In this document: piece after piece, positions 36,201 to 49,700 of the stretch
Layout of the letters: every line of letters starts with the position of its first letter
How positions within the stretch are numbered: the stretch's first letter is position 1
Origin: Azolla caroliniana
Lineage: Eukaryota > Plantae > Polypodiophyta
Length of the DNA: 64,000 bases
Assembly (NCBI GenBank): GCA_043228905.1
Contig: JBHGNT010000004.1
Coordinates: 14,322,001-14,386,000, forward strand
Direction: 5' to 3'
Program-made: the position numbers and the translations under genes
Notes under the pieces: model-generated
The model's database searches: none
Told to the model about the DNA's origin: nothing
Seen by the model: only the letters and a program-made list of their open reading frames with translations

Positions 36201-38098
36201 GGCAGTATGCCAATTGAAGAAGTTGTTGTATGGCCTCAAGCAAGCCTCGCGTGTGTGGAATGCAAAGATCATGCAGCGACTACGTAAGATGGGGTTTGCT
36301 CCATCAAAATTGGACTCTTCATTGTTCATTCGGCCGAGTCAGACTAGACCGATTAGCATTCTGCTATATGTTAATTATCTAGTCATCACCGACTCTGAAC
36401 TCGGAGATATCGGGCGAGTAAAGTCTCAGCTTGTGGCATCATTCTAAATGAAGGATTTGGAGGACCTCCATTACTTCCCCGAGATCAAACTGATGCGAAC
36501 CCCCAAAGGGATATTGATCAACCAGTGTCATTATGTGCTCAATATGCTCTTCAAGTTCGGGATGGTGGATTGTAAGTCTGTCTCAACCCCTCTAGACAGA
36601 AACGTGAAGCTTCGTCAAAATTCGGGAACGGCGTGAGACTCGACACGGTTCCGAAAAATTGTTAGAAGCCTCATTTATTTGACGATCACTCGGCCGGACC
36701 TCAGTTACCTGGTCGGCTTGACTAGTTAATTCATGTTGCAACCAAAGGCCGAACACCTTCAATGCATGCAAACGATCACTCTTTCCTTCAGCGGCACTAA
36801 GGAAAGAGTGTTGTTGTATCGGGCAGGAGTAATTGATGAGTTAGTCGACTACACAGATGCCAGTTGGGTCGGAAATGTTGGTGATTGCAAATCAACATCT
36901 GGATTTGCGTTTTCATTGGGAAGCATCGCGATCGCTTGGAGCAGTAAAAAGCAATGGACAGTGGCATTGTCAAGCACTAAGGCCGAGTATCGAGGGTAGT
37001 TGTCGCCACGTGCAAAGCCATTTTGCTCAAATGGCTATTAAAGGATCTGCATGTAGAGGTGTCCATCCCGACTACCATATACTGCAACAACCTTAGCAGC
37101 ATCCAGTTAGCGAAGAACCCCATCCTCCACGCTCGGACAAAGCACATCGAGTTGCACTATCACTAGTTCCGACAGGGAGTCCTCTCTAGTGAAGTCGACC
37201 TTATTTATGTTCCGACCGATCGACATGTTGCCGATATCTTCACTAAACCTCTTGGCTAGACAAGTTACGTCAATTCTCAAGCATCCTTGGCTTACAACAA
37301 CTAGATATGCCAAACTTGAGGGGGAGGAGTGAAGCCGGAAAGGAGAGAGACGAAGTCCAAAAAGCCGAATTGGATGAAGACTTCGATTTCAGCACGACTG
37401 AAGAAGCCTGAACATCTGGATCGGCTAAAGAAGCCAAGGACGCATGGACATGTGGAAGGAGATTGGCTAAGCAAAGACTAGCCACATGCAGGGGGAGCAA
37501 CCAAAAGAGAGAGCCTAAGGCAGAGCCAACCGAACCAAGGGGACATGAGCGGAGAAAGGCAAGAAAGGCGGCAGAGTTGAAAAGGACAGAGCTAAACACG
37601 CAATGGCCAAGACCAAGATATGGGTAGATGTGATCAAGGGCCGGAAAGAGGAAGAATCGGAGATTGCCGATTTGATCAAGAGTTGAAGTGAATCGAAAGT
37701 TGATTCAATCAAAATGTTTGATTCGAGGGAGCCGAATTGATTGGCCAAGCGGACAAGGAAGCGGTCAAAGCCGACACCGACACGAAAAAGTCGACGGGTC
37801 GAGGGGCGCCATCATCGTGACAATGATGAAGCTGACTTGGGCCAATGAAGTAGACAAGCTGACCGTAGGGGTTAAGGAGCACAGAACCAGACGAGTTGAG
37901 GAGCGCCGAACTGAAGGAGTCGTGGGAGATAAGGCCAAACTGGATGAGGAGCGCAAGTGAGACAACAGGACACCAGGAGAGGCTGGAATGACGAACCAGT
38001 TGGAGCTGACACGATGGGACCTCAAGTTGAGCTTGAGGAGGAGTGTTGAGAGACAAGCTCAACATTGGCTGAATCGGTTGAAGAAGTTGAGAGCCGAG

Positions 38099-41000
38099 TG
38101 TTGAGGAATAGCGTGGAATACTGCTCGGCCACAATCGAGTCTTGAATCACTTCGATACAGGAATGGGAATAGACATACACACAAAAGAGAGTACACAGGA
38201 TGTTTACGTGGAAAACCCTAAATGGGAAAAACCACGGGAGCCCACAGACTCCGAACTATCACTATGAAGAGAAGGGGTACAATCAGAGACTCGTAGGCAG
38301 TGACCTCGAGCTCGGTTTCTTCGCCAGGCAGCGGTTACAACAGAGTATCACTCTGTATCTCTCTCCCTCTCTGTCTGTCGTTATCTCTATACTACAGTTA
38401 CAACAACAATAACGACTCCTTACAACACATGTAAAGTGATTGCCCTAAGTCATATTTATACTTATATGAACTTAGGGTTGTTTACAAATATAGCCTGAAT
38501 GGGCTTACTCAAAAACATATTTACAGATATGTCTTCTACTTCCGGTTCTCACTGGGTCTTCTACATCCGGTTCTCAAGATCCTATCCGGAGGGACCGAAA
38601 TCCCAACAATCTCCCCCTTCACTCTGGCATGGAATGTTTCGTTAGCCCGATCCACATTCGGCATGCATCCAGTTACCGGGTGTCAGCACTTTGGTCAGCA
38701 TGTCCGACCCGTTCTCCTCCGTGTGGATTTTTGTCAGCACGAACTTTTGATCTTCTACCATTTCGTAGATCCAGTGGTACCTCCGTTGGATATGTTTCGT
38801 CCGGGAATGGTAGGCCACGTTCTTTGCAAGGTGGATGGCACTCTGACTGTCGCAATAGTGCCGGTATTCCTCCTGTTGGATCCCGAGCTCACCGATGAAG
38901 TATGTGGTTGACAACGTAACCATCTTTTGTAGTCTCGATTGCCATGAGACAGCTCCCCCTGCATAAGTCATGGCATATCCGGATGTCGACCGGCCGGTAT
39001 CCACAACAGCCAACATATCTGAATCCGTGAATCCGTCAAGTTGGGTATTACCGGAGCCAAACCAGAGGCACATACTCAAGGTGCCTTTCAAATACCAAAG
39101 TATCCACTTGACCGCGTTCCAGTGCTCTCTTCCGGGATTGCTCATGAAACGGCTCACCACTCCGACTACATATCTGATATCTTGCCGGGTACACACCATT
39201 GCGTACATCAAGCTTCCAACGGCAGAGGCATATGGTATCTTCATCATATCCGCCTTCTCTGCCTTTGTCCTCGGGCTCTACTTTCCGGATAGCTTGCAGT
39301 TTGCCGGAAGTGTCGATCCAACCGGTTGAACCGTTGAAGCACCTTTGTCACGTACTTCTCCTATGACAACCACAACAGCTTCTTCGACCGGTCCCGAATG
39401 ATGTGCATACCCAATATCTATCTTGCGGGACCCAAGTCTTTCATTGAGAAAGTCCAGTTTAGAGCCTTCTTTAGCATCCAGATCTTGCCTTGGTCTCGTC
39501 CGACGATCAACATATAATCCACATAGAGGAGGAGTATTAGGAAGTTTCCTCCGTCAAATTTCTTCACAAACACGCAATGATCGGCTTGCGTTTTGTGGTA
39601 CCCTTGGTTGGTCATGAAGGAGTCGAACTTCCGGTACCATTGTCGGGGGGCTTGCTTCAGTCCATATAGGCTCTTCTTCACCCATCACACCAGGTGCTCC
39701 TTCCCTTTTCTCTCAAATCCTTCTGATTGATGCATGTAGATCTCTTCTTTGAGGTCTCCGTGTAGGAATGTCGTCTTCACGTCCAGTTGCTCTACCTCGA
39801 GGTCCATGCTTGCCGTTATGCCCAATACCGTCTAGATGAATGTCATCTTTACTACCGGGGCAAAGATCTCATCAAAATCCACTCCTTCACCACGACTCGG
39901 GCCTTATACCTTGGTGGATTCCCGGCATCTCCCGGTTTCAGCTTGTACACCCACTTGTTCCAGAGTGCTCTCTTCCCTTTCGGCAACTCCGTTGATTCAT
40001 ATGTGTGGTTCTCATGTAGGGAATCCATCTCATCCTTCATGGCACTCAGACATTTGCAGTTGTGGGTGTCTCTCGTTGCTTCTTCAAAGCTTTCCGGCTC
40101 CCCCTCATCAGTTAGCAACACAAGCTCTAAATCTGGAAATCTCCGAGGGGCTCTTCTTCTTCGGTTGGTTCGGTTTCCTATCCGTATCTGGCCAATTCTT
40201 CGAGTGTCATCTGGTTACTGGCTAACATCCGGCTTTCAACCAGGTAGGTCCTTGGGTCCTCAGGCCGGTTTTCATTGGATGGTCCGGAGTTGGTCATCTT
40301 CTTCTCCGACTCCCAGTCGGCAATGGTCGTGTCTTCCATGAAGACTATGTATCGACTCCGGAACACCTTCTTGTTGACCGAATCCCACACTCGATAACCA
40401 AACTCATCATCATTGTATCCAAGGAATATGCATGGCCGGGACTTTGGAGTCAACTTTGCTCTCTTGTCCTTCGCCACATGCATGTGATCTGTTTATCACA
40501 TAGGTCGTCCTCGACAGCGCCTCAGTCCAAAATGTCTTCGGTAACTTGGCATGTTCGAGAATGCTCCGGACTCTCTCCATTATGGTCCGATTCATCCTTT
40601 CCGCCAGCCCGTTTAGTTCTGGCGTCTTCAACACGGTGAATTCGATCCGGCAGTACTCCTCGAACTACCCCCGGTATTCTCCTCCGTTATTTGCTCGAAC
40701 CGCCTTCAGCTTCCAACCGGTTTCTCTTTCAACTCTCGCGTGGAGCTCCTTGAAGACAAATAGCACCTGATCCTTTGTCTTCAACGGTGAGACCCATAGC
40801 TTCCGACTGTGGTCGTCTATGAACGTCACGAAGTACTACGATCCGGCGTGTGACTTCATGTCCACTTGACACACATCGGTATGCACCAGCTCTAGTGGTG
40901 CATTACGTCTCATCGGTGGTCTTGACCGGAAGGAGGTTTGGTTTATGCTTACCGGCCAAGCAATAGGTGCACTTCTCAAGTTGCACGTCCTTCACCAGAA

Positions 41001-42910
41001 TGAGGTTATCTTTGGCAAGCCTTTTCATCCCCTTCTTACTCATGTGACACATTCTTTTGTGCCACAGCTCACCGGCAATGTCGGAAGCAACGTTCACTTC
41101 TTCTTCCCAGCATAACCGGGCGTTCATCAGGTACAACATGTTGACTTTCCGGGCCCAAACCACTATTAGGCTCCCCTTGTTGAAATTCATGACTCCATTC
41201 CAGATGCTACCCGTGTAGCCTTCATCATCTAGCCGACCGGCTGATATCAGGTTCATTCGAACTTCCAGAATGTGTCGAACATCCTTCAGCAACAACTTGC
41301 ATTTGGTTGGTGTCGTCAACCACATGTCTCCTATGCCAACAATTTGGCATGTACCATCATTCCCCATCTGGACACAGTCGTGCTCACCGGTTGTGTAGGA
41401 TGAGAAGCATTTCCGGTCCGGGGTAAGGTGGAATGACACTGCGGAATCGACAACCCACGTTGTCTCATCGCCGGCAAGGTTCAACTCACTCTCCTCGGTG
41501 ATGAGCATTAGTTCTTCTTCACTTGCCACAATCACTGTCGTACCCTTCCGGTCCAGGCCTCGGCGATTTGAACCGTTTCGGTCCGGTCACTTCTTCGAAT
41601 CGGTACTGTCAGTTCCCTTGTCTTTTCTGAAATGCTGACAGTTCTTCTGGAAGTGCCCCGGCTTGCCACAATAGAAGCAAGTGGGCCTCCCCCTTGACTT
41701 TGACCGTGTCCCCGACTTTTCCCGGTTTTGGGGACTCTGATTCCTTTGTCTTCCGTGTTCCGATTCGGTAAGGAGGGCTTTGGCATTGGAGATCACCTCC
41801 TATCTTTTCGACGCGCCTCCTCATCTAGCAAGCTCGACTTCACTCTTGCTAGGGATAGCTATTTTCCTTCCAACCTGGCGTTGCCCAACGTGACAACTAA
41901 CGTCTCCTAGCTATCCAGGAGGGAACCAAGAAGGAGTAGAGCAAGTACCTCATCGACAAGAGGTACTTCCAATGAGTTTTCCTAATGTATTAGCCCCTGG
42001 AAGGCATTCATGTGCTCCGCCATACTGGAGTCGTCCTGGTACCGGAGCCTCACTAGCTTCTGGAATACTGAAACCCGATTAACGACATTCTTGTTCTGGA
42101 ATATGATGTCAATCTTCTCCCAGAGTTCATGAGCCTTGCTCTCTTCATTGAAGTTGTTGTACAGGCTCATGTCGATGAAGCACCAAATGTATGTGGTCGT
42201 CTTCATGTGCATCACCTCCCACATTGTGGCGTCGATCTTATCCGGTCTCTTGTCCCCGAACTGAACCGGCAACCAAAGATCTTTGACCACTAGCATATCC
42301 CTCATCTTCGACTTCCACAGTGAGTAGTTGGAGCCGGTGAGCTTGAACATGCCACCAAACGATTCTTCCATTTTCTGTGTTGTTCGCTCTGATACCAAAT
42401 TGTTGAGGAATAGCGCAGAATACTGCTCGGCCACAATCGAGTCTTGAATCACTTCGATACAGGAATGGGAATAGACGTACACACAAAAGAGAGTACACAA
42501 GATGTTTACGTGGAAAACCCTAAATGGGAAAAACCACGGGAGCCCACAGACTCCGAACTATCACTATGAAGAGAAGGGGTACAATCAGAGACTCGTAGGC
42601 AGCAACCTCGAGCTCGGTTTCTTCGTCAAGCGGCGGTTACAACAGAGTATCACTCTGTATCTCTCTCCCTCTCTGTCTGTCGTTATCTCTATACTACAGT
42701 TACAACAACAATAACGACTCCTTACAACACATGTAAAGTGATTGCCCTAAGTCATATTTATACTTATATGAACTTCAGGCTATTTACAAATATAGCCTCA
42801 ATGGGCTTACTTAGAAACATATTTACAGATATGTCTTCTACATCCGGTTCTCCCCGGGTCTTCTATCTCTAGTTCTCAAGATCCCATCCGGAGGGACCGA
42901 AATCCCAACA
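38099..42910 (-). mobile_element. Element E3: Tork/Tnt1-like copia inserted in the F1 LTR
   Basis: 510-bp LTRs 38099-38608 and 42401-42910; perfect TSD CCGAG; PBS 42386-42397; PPT 38609-38624. Confidence 0.96.
38619..42371 (-). pseudogene. pol: gag-pol of E3 (stops and many small deletions)
   Basis: Fragments 41982-42500, 40903-41535, 40178-40634, 39418-39681 and 38642-39247 are homologous to E2. Confidence 0.92.
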
Positions 42911-43606
42911 CCGAGAGCCGAATCGAATAGAGTTCGATTTGGGTGTGCCGAGTCGGAAGGATTCCGAAAGGCCATTGAGGGCCTATATTCCTATTATAGT
43001 AAATAGAAACATTGTAGGCAGAATTAGTGTAAGGCTAATTTATGAGTGTTCAAGTACTGATGGTACTTGTGTCAGCCCACTCGTCGGGGATTGTATAAAA
43101 AGTGCTCACTGAGCACAGTGTATATACAGAGTGTTCATTATTTGTAATAGAACTTCTTGTCTACTCTCTATGTCTCTCTCCCTCTCATCATTCTCTGTGG
43201 TTTCCTAACTGTCAAGTTTCCAAACACCGATTGTGTACTCCGTGTGTCGCACATTCTGTCATGAACATCGACTTGAATTCTAGCCTTAGGTCCTTGTATA
43301 TATATATTTCTCCAAGACAAACTTTAGACTTTAAACCTTTGTATAAAGAGTGGTATGTAAGACTTAGTATGTAAAACTTGGCATGCAAGAATTAGTATGC
43401 TTGATATTATAGTATGTAAGACTTGGCATGAGCATGCTTATCATGCATCACTACATGTCTAAAAAGGGTTGATCTCCCTTGTTAACATCAAGGAGATCAA
43501 CACCAGTCATGGAATAAATATTCTTACTCATTGTCATCAATTTCTCCCTCTCTCTATCTCATCAACTTCCCCATCTCTTTATCTTTCAATTGTTCATCCG
43601 TGACAA

Positions 43607-43618
43607 GTTGATCTCCTT
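43607..43618 (+). promoter_or_regulatory. Putative self-priming PBS of G
   Basis: GTTGATCTCCTT, 1 nt after the LTR end, is the exact reverse complement of AAGGAGATCAAC (43490-43501); no TGG-type tRNA PBS. Confidence 0.72.
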
Positions 43619-44804
43619 CCTTCTTTTTCTTCCTTCTCAATACATCATCATGTCAAAATCATCTAGTAACCTTGAGCAAATTTTGGCGGTCCTACAACAA
43701 CTCCAACTTGCAAAACTCCGTCCAAGAACTGTAGGTAGCCACAACTGTCATACCTCACCCAATTATTGACCCTTCTGCCAGAGAAACCAATGTTAGCTTG
43801 CCAGATAAATTCGATGGCTTCATCAACCAGATCCGCCTTATTATTCTTCTTCAGCCCCGACACTATTCTGATGACTTTCGACGAGTCGGGCTCATTGACA
43901 CATTGCTGACAGGATAAGCCCAAGCTTGGTTTGTCCATCTAGTGGAGACCAATTCGCCCCTCTTGACCGACTTCCAAGCATTTCTTACCAAATTTGAAGC
44001 AACTTTCGGGGAGACCAACAAACGACGAGTTGCACTCAACAAACTATATGCATTACAACAAGGAGAACACGGGCATCAATCTATACATCTGAATTTTGTC
44101 AGCCCGCATGCGATGTCGAATGGGATGGACAAGCCCTCCTCGATCAATTCAGTCGAGGATTACAACGTGAGATAAAAAAATATTTTGCTTAACTTTCCTG
44201 AGCCCACATCTTTGAATGAGGCTATTTCCCAAGCTATGCATTGCGATAACCATCTCTTTGAGTTCCAGCAAAAGGAATGTCCTCACCAGATCCATCCACC
44301 TTGGCCAGCCGCTACACGAAGTCACCGACCATGGTCGACATCCCCAACTCTATTAGAGATATGATCTAATGTAAGTGTATGATAAGGAGAAAAGAATGAT
44401 AGATAGATAGATAGATAGATAGAAAGGAGAGAGAGAAATAAGGGTGGCGATCCACCTGACCACCCCCGAGTGAAGGGATCAAGACGGACTTGAGCCTCGA
44501 TCGACGTCCCATACCACCGTCGTGGCATCGAGTCATACCTGGTGTTGGCGTGCTCACTACAAGAGTTGAACCACCACGAAACAGAGTCTCGACGTAGTCA
44601 AAAGATGATGAAATGAGGGTAGCTAGGCCTCTTATTTATAGTGATACCCAAGGCCCCCAGGCAAGTTCACACTTGGCCTAATGGGTTGTCTCAATCCCGA
44701 GTATTAAAAGTAATCTTCCCCTTCTTTACACTCTCGTTTAACCCTCACACGTATCCATGTGTATAGAATACTACAGTAAATTCTCACCACGGGATATTAT
44801 ATGG

Positions 44805-47800
44805 TCATGCTCGTAACATACTCCCCCTCTTTAAAACATTGCACTCTCGCAATGGAAAGTTAGGGAAGTTAGTTCTGAGATTATTTTCACGTTCCCATCT
44901 GGCATCTTTTATTAATTTATCCATCCATTTTATTTTAAATTCTCGGATTTCCTTAGTACGTAATTTTTTTGTTTTAACATCGAGCATTCTTTTTGGTACA
45001 TGTGGTTTAGAAAATAATTCTTCAGAAGTAACCAGAGTTTCAGTTGTAATTGTATTGTCACCAAAACCTAGAAGTTCTTTTAGACGACTCACATAAAAAA
45101 CTGGATGAATTTCAACACCATCAGGAAGGACGAGACAATAGGTTGATGACCCAATGCGTTTGAGGACTGTAAAAGGTCCACAAAACCATGGGGCTAACTT
45201 AGCACACTTACCCTTAGACAATGTCTTAGAATTGTGAGGTACACATAAAAATACCTTCTGTCCAGGGTTGAATACACGAGGTTGCCTATGATGATCGGCA
45301 TAAAAACGCGCTCTATCTTTAGCTGTTTTTATATTATCTCATGCAATATGCAACATATCTTGCATATCCCGAAGAAAGTTTTGCGTACTTCGCAACTCAT
45401 CATGATGTATATTAACATCAATCGGGGCTCGTGACTGAAAACCATACATCAACATAAAAGGACTATATCCCGTTGATGTATGCTTGGAGTTATTCTAAGC
45501 AAACTCCAAATTTGGGAGATAACGTTCCCATTTTGTTGGTTTTGTACCAACGTATGCTTGAAGCATGTCCTCAATAATTTGATTTACTCATTCTATCTGT
45601 CCATCGGATTAAGGATGATCCGTGGAGCTCATGCTCAATGTAGTTTATAACTTCTTAAAGACTTGTGTCCAGAAGTCACTAGTAAACTTTGGGTCTCGAT
45701 CACTCACACTCTCCATTAGTAACCCATAAAAATGAAATAACTCGTCAATGAATTGGTAAGCCAATTCAGGAGTTGTTACCATGGTTTTCGTAGCAATAAA
45801 TCTGGCCATTTTAGTTAGTCTGTCAACCACAACCCAGATGGCATCATGACCTTTTTGGGTGCAAGGAAGGCTAACAATAAAATTCGTGGATATACTTTCC
45901 CACTTATTATTGGGAATGTTCAAGGGATTTAAAAGTCTTGTGGCTTTAAGTCGCTTGGTTTTGTTAACCTGACATTGGTGACATTTAATCACATAGTTAT
46001 GTATGTCAGGACGCATCTTAGGCCAATAAAATTGAGTCGAGATGAGAATGAGTGCACGATGTATTCCAAGGTGCCCTGCTAAGGGTGCGTCATGGCATTA
46101 AAAAAGAATCATCTTTTTGACCTTAGGTAAATCTGGAACACAAATCTTCCCATTACAGTAGAGCAGACCGTTAGCAATGTGGAAGTATTCCTTCGAGGAT
46201 GTGGTGGTGTTTCGCAAAATAACTGTCATCAGGATACTTTCCTCGAAGGTGATCATAAAAATCTGATGTTATTTCAGTGAAGCTAAGCATGTTAACTTCA
46301 CGGATGCAACTTAGTGCATCAACACAATGTTCATGGAACCTTTACGATATCGTATGGAAAAATCAAAGTCCTGGATGAGATCAACCCATCGTACCTTACG
46401 ACCTTTCAGGTCTTGTTGCTCACAAAAATATTTCAAGGAGTTGTGGTCCGTAGTTACCACAAAGCGATTTCCATAAAGATAACGACGCCATGTTCTGAGT
46501 GCATGTATAACTGCAAACAATTCCTTTTCTTGAATGGTATACCGACAATGAGTAGAATCAAGTTTCTTACTCTCGAATGCTATTGGTTTACCATCTTGAT
46601 ATAAGACAGCACCTATAGCATAATCGCTTGCATTGGTTTTAACCTCAAAAGGTTTTGAAGGATCGGATCAAAGAAGTGAAGGAGCCTTACACACCAGGTC
46701 CTTGAGTTCCTTCAAGCCAAGGTCTAGTGTAGCATTCCAGACAATAGGTTTTGTAGACTTACACGTTTGACCTTTTAGAAGATCAGTAAACGGCGTCATC
46801 AATTGGGAGTAATTACGAAGGGATTTTCGCAAAAACCCGACTAAACCAAGGAATGATCAAACTTCTCGAGTATTCCGAAGAGTGGGCCAAAGCATGATTT
46901 TCTCGATGCGAGAAGGATCAATTTCAACTCCTCGTTCGGTTATGAGATGTCCAAGATAAGTAATTGATTTCTTAAGAACTCACATTTTGAGTTCTTCGCA
47001 TAAAACTGTTTTTCATGCAATGTTTATAAAACAAAGCGGACATGTTTAGCATGTTCTTGTAATGTACGGCTATAAACTAAAATATCATCCAAGAAAATAA
47101 CGACAAATTTTCCAAGTTGTTCTCGGAAACTGTCATTCATTTCTTGTTGAAATGTAGTCGGAGCATTGGTCAAATCAAAAGGCATAACCAAAAACTTATA
47201 ATGGCCATAGTGTGTACAAAATGCAGTTTTAGGAACATCCTCCTCACATACGAATTTGATAGTAGCCAATACGGAGATCAAGTTTCGTAAAATACCGAGC
47301 TCCTTGGAGACGGTCAATTAGATCGTCAGCCCAGGGCAATGGATACGAATTCTTGGTTGTCACTTTATTCAAGCGCATGTAATTAATATACATACACCAT
47401 GTGCCCTCTTTCTTTTTAACCAAGAGAACTGGTGCACCCCATGGAGATTTACTATAACATATATAACCCATTCGTAAATATTTCTTGAGTTGCTTAGATA
47501 CCTCATCCTCTTCGGATCGACTTAAGTGGAACGCAAGGTACAATATATATACGATGGTCTATATTATGTTTAGGAGGTAACCTATCTGGTAGTTCACTCG
47601 GAAAAACATCACGATAATCATTTAAGATTTCATCTAGTTGTTGTTGTTCAAAATATGTTAATTGAACCGAGACATTATCGATATTGCAAACGTGAATGTC
47701 TGGATCAAGTATACAATAAAATAGAGTAGAACAAGACAACTCGGATATTGATGGAGAGGAAACAATCGAGAGGGATTGTTTTTTTACACATTGAATAAAA

Positions 47801-49093
47801 TGAGTGCAATCGTTTAGTACAAAAGTTATTGAATGATGAACCCAATCAATAGATAAAGAAGAGTTTTTATTATAGAACCAGGGATAACCCAGCATTGCAT
47901 CAGTGATACAAAGATTCATTACATGGAAGTCTACTTCCTCTATATAAGTATCAATAGAAATTCCTAATGAATGAATCGCCCCGTTGATGTATTGTACTCT
48001 TCCATCAGCCAAGTGCACCGTATAGGTGTGATCACTTACGGTGGGTTGGATTCCCCATATTTGAACCAAATGATCATTCACAAAGTTGTGTGAGCTTCCC
48101 GAATCAAACAAAAATTGTATAGGAGATCCATTGATATACCCGTTTGCACGTAGTAAATCATTGGGACCCAATACATAGTGAGGGAAAGAACATTGACAAT
48201 TACTTAAATGATGTGTATAGACATGAAGGACATTAGGAATCTGACCTTTATGGTCTGTAGCTTTAGCTTTGTTGTCGTACTCTTTTCGTTGGAACTTTCG
48301 ACATTGCTCTGTTGTATGACCCTTCTTTTTGTAGAATACGCAAAAAGGATGTTGTCGCTTGGGTGTCTTGCGTTTCCCAGCGAATTGCGATTGCTTAGTC
48401 TCGGGCGCTTCGTTGGGTTTGTTGTGGTCCTTCTTCGAAGTGCGTTGATAGCGAAAAACTATTTCAACGGCCTCTTCGAAGGATTTTGGATCCTTATGGT
48501 GCACTATCCAGTGATAGTCCGAATTGGGGATGCCATTGACAAAACAATCTATTAACCAGTTGTCCCCTTCTAGACCCGACTTTTGGATTTGGGTTCTAGC
48601 ATGGTGAACATAGTCTTCTAGCAAGGAAAACTTCTTGCTAGAGAGGTTCATTAAAGCTTGTGCTACCTCGGTTCGAGAGGGAGGTTGCAGAAATTGGCCC
48701 TTAAAAACTGTGACAAAATTTATCCAGGTATCGGGCAATTTCCCCAAACTTCAGAGCCCACGCCACCAAGCGGCGGCTTTAACCCCTAGTTCTCGGCCGA
48801 CATATGCAATCTTCGTACTATTTGGCATGGGATAGAGCTCAAAATGAGACTCCCATCGGCCCAACCATGTGTAGATTGCTTCTTCGGTTCTTTCCTTTTT
48901 TTCGCTCATCAGGTCTATTAGTCTCACGTTGTAAACTAATGACACGTGCCCCGAGAGCACTTTGAGATTGCCAAAGTTCAGTCATTTGTTGAGCGGTGAA
49001 ACTAAGGTATTGGCTTATTTATGAAAAATACATCTGAATGGACATTTGTCTAGGAGGATTTCCTTGAGTTCCTTCCCCTTGAGTGGATGACAT
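44805..49093 (-). pseudogene. pol: gag-pol of H with a C-terminal chromodomain
   Basis: PR FLFDSGSSHNF; [23 protein letters not shown]; RH TTDHNSL; INT VVVDRLTKMA, SDRDPKFTS; CGPF; chromodomain EFKIKW..DARWERE. Confidence 0.92.
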
Positions 49094-49700
49094 CGGGTCG
49101 TTGAATGATTATTTCTAACAAAGAAATAGGATAAGGTCAGACAAATAGTCATAACATCAAGTCATGATGTAAACATATCATGGGCCAACATTAATTGATA
49201 TCATGATCTCACGTCAATACCCCTCTAGACGTATGAGGTGAGGTTCAAGATCAGGTTACTATGGTAACACAAAGATGTTTTAAAAACCATGGGGGTGACA
49301 AATTAATGTCTTTCCCTAATCTCTATATCGATTTTTTCATGGCGGCTCCCCGAGGCTCAACCATGTATGTTCGTGTCATGAATAGTATATACACGAAAAA
49401 AATGTTAACAATAAACTATGTTTCGGTGCCCACATATATGGTTTCAGCTCTTTAAGTCCTATTACGAGGACCCCAAAGTGCAGTTAGACCTCAAGTCTAA
49501 ACATGTGTTATAGTCATATGTATCAACGATGTTGTATGGTCTTGATCATATTTGAACTCGAGACCTCGAGAACAAATGCATTAAACACTTGAGCCAACCA
49601 AGTAGGTTGCTCTTCTTAAATGTTTAATATTTAATGCGTATAAGAGACATGCGAGGCATTTGCCCATATATGTGTTTTTAAAAGAAACATATATGTCAAG

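Larger units (their letters stand above)
34851..43314 (+). mobile_element. Element F1: 5'-truncated copia (INT-RT-RH, extra 3' region, 3' LTR 38044 to about 43314 split by E3)
   Basis: ARAMLEEKHMPKFY, YKARLVAKGY, LYGLKQASR, WSSKKQ..VALSST; PPT 38032-38043; LTR starts TGTTGAGAGACAAGCTCAACA; right edge approximate. Confidence 0.85.

Noticed and set aside
43650-44350. Domesticated PEG10-like host gene
   Set aside because: Contains stops and frameshifts, follows an LTR end, and is split by element H
44398-44425. (GATA)n and (CT)n microsatellites
   Set aside because: Ordinary slippage tracts inside LTRs
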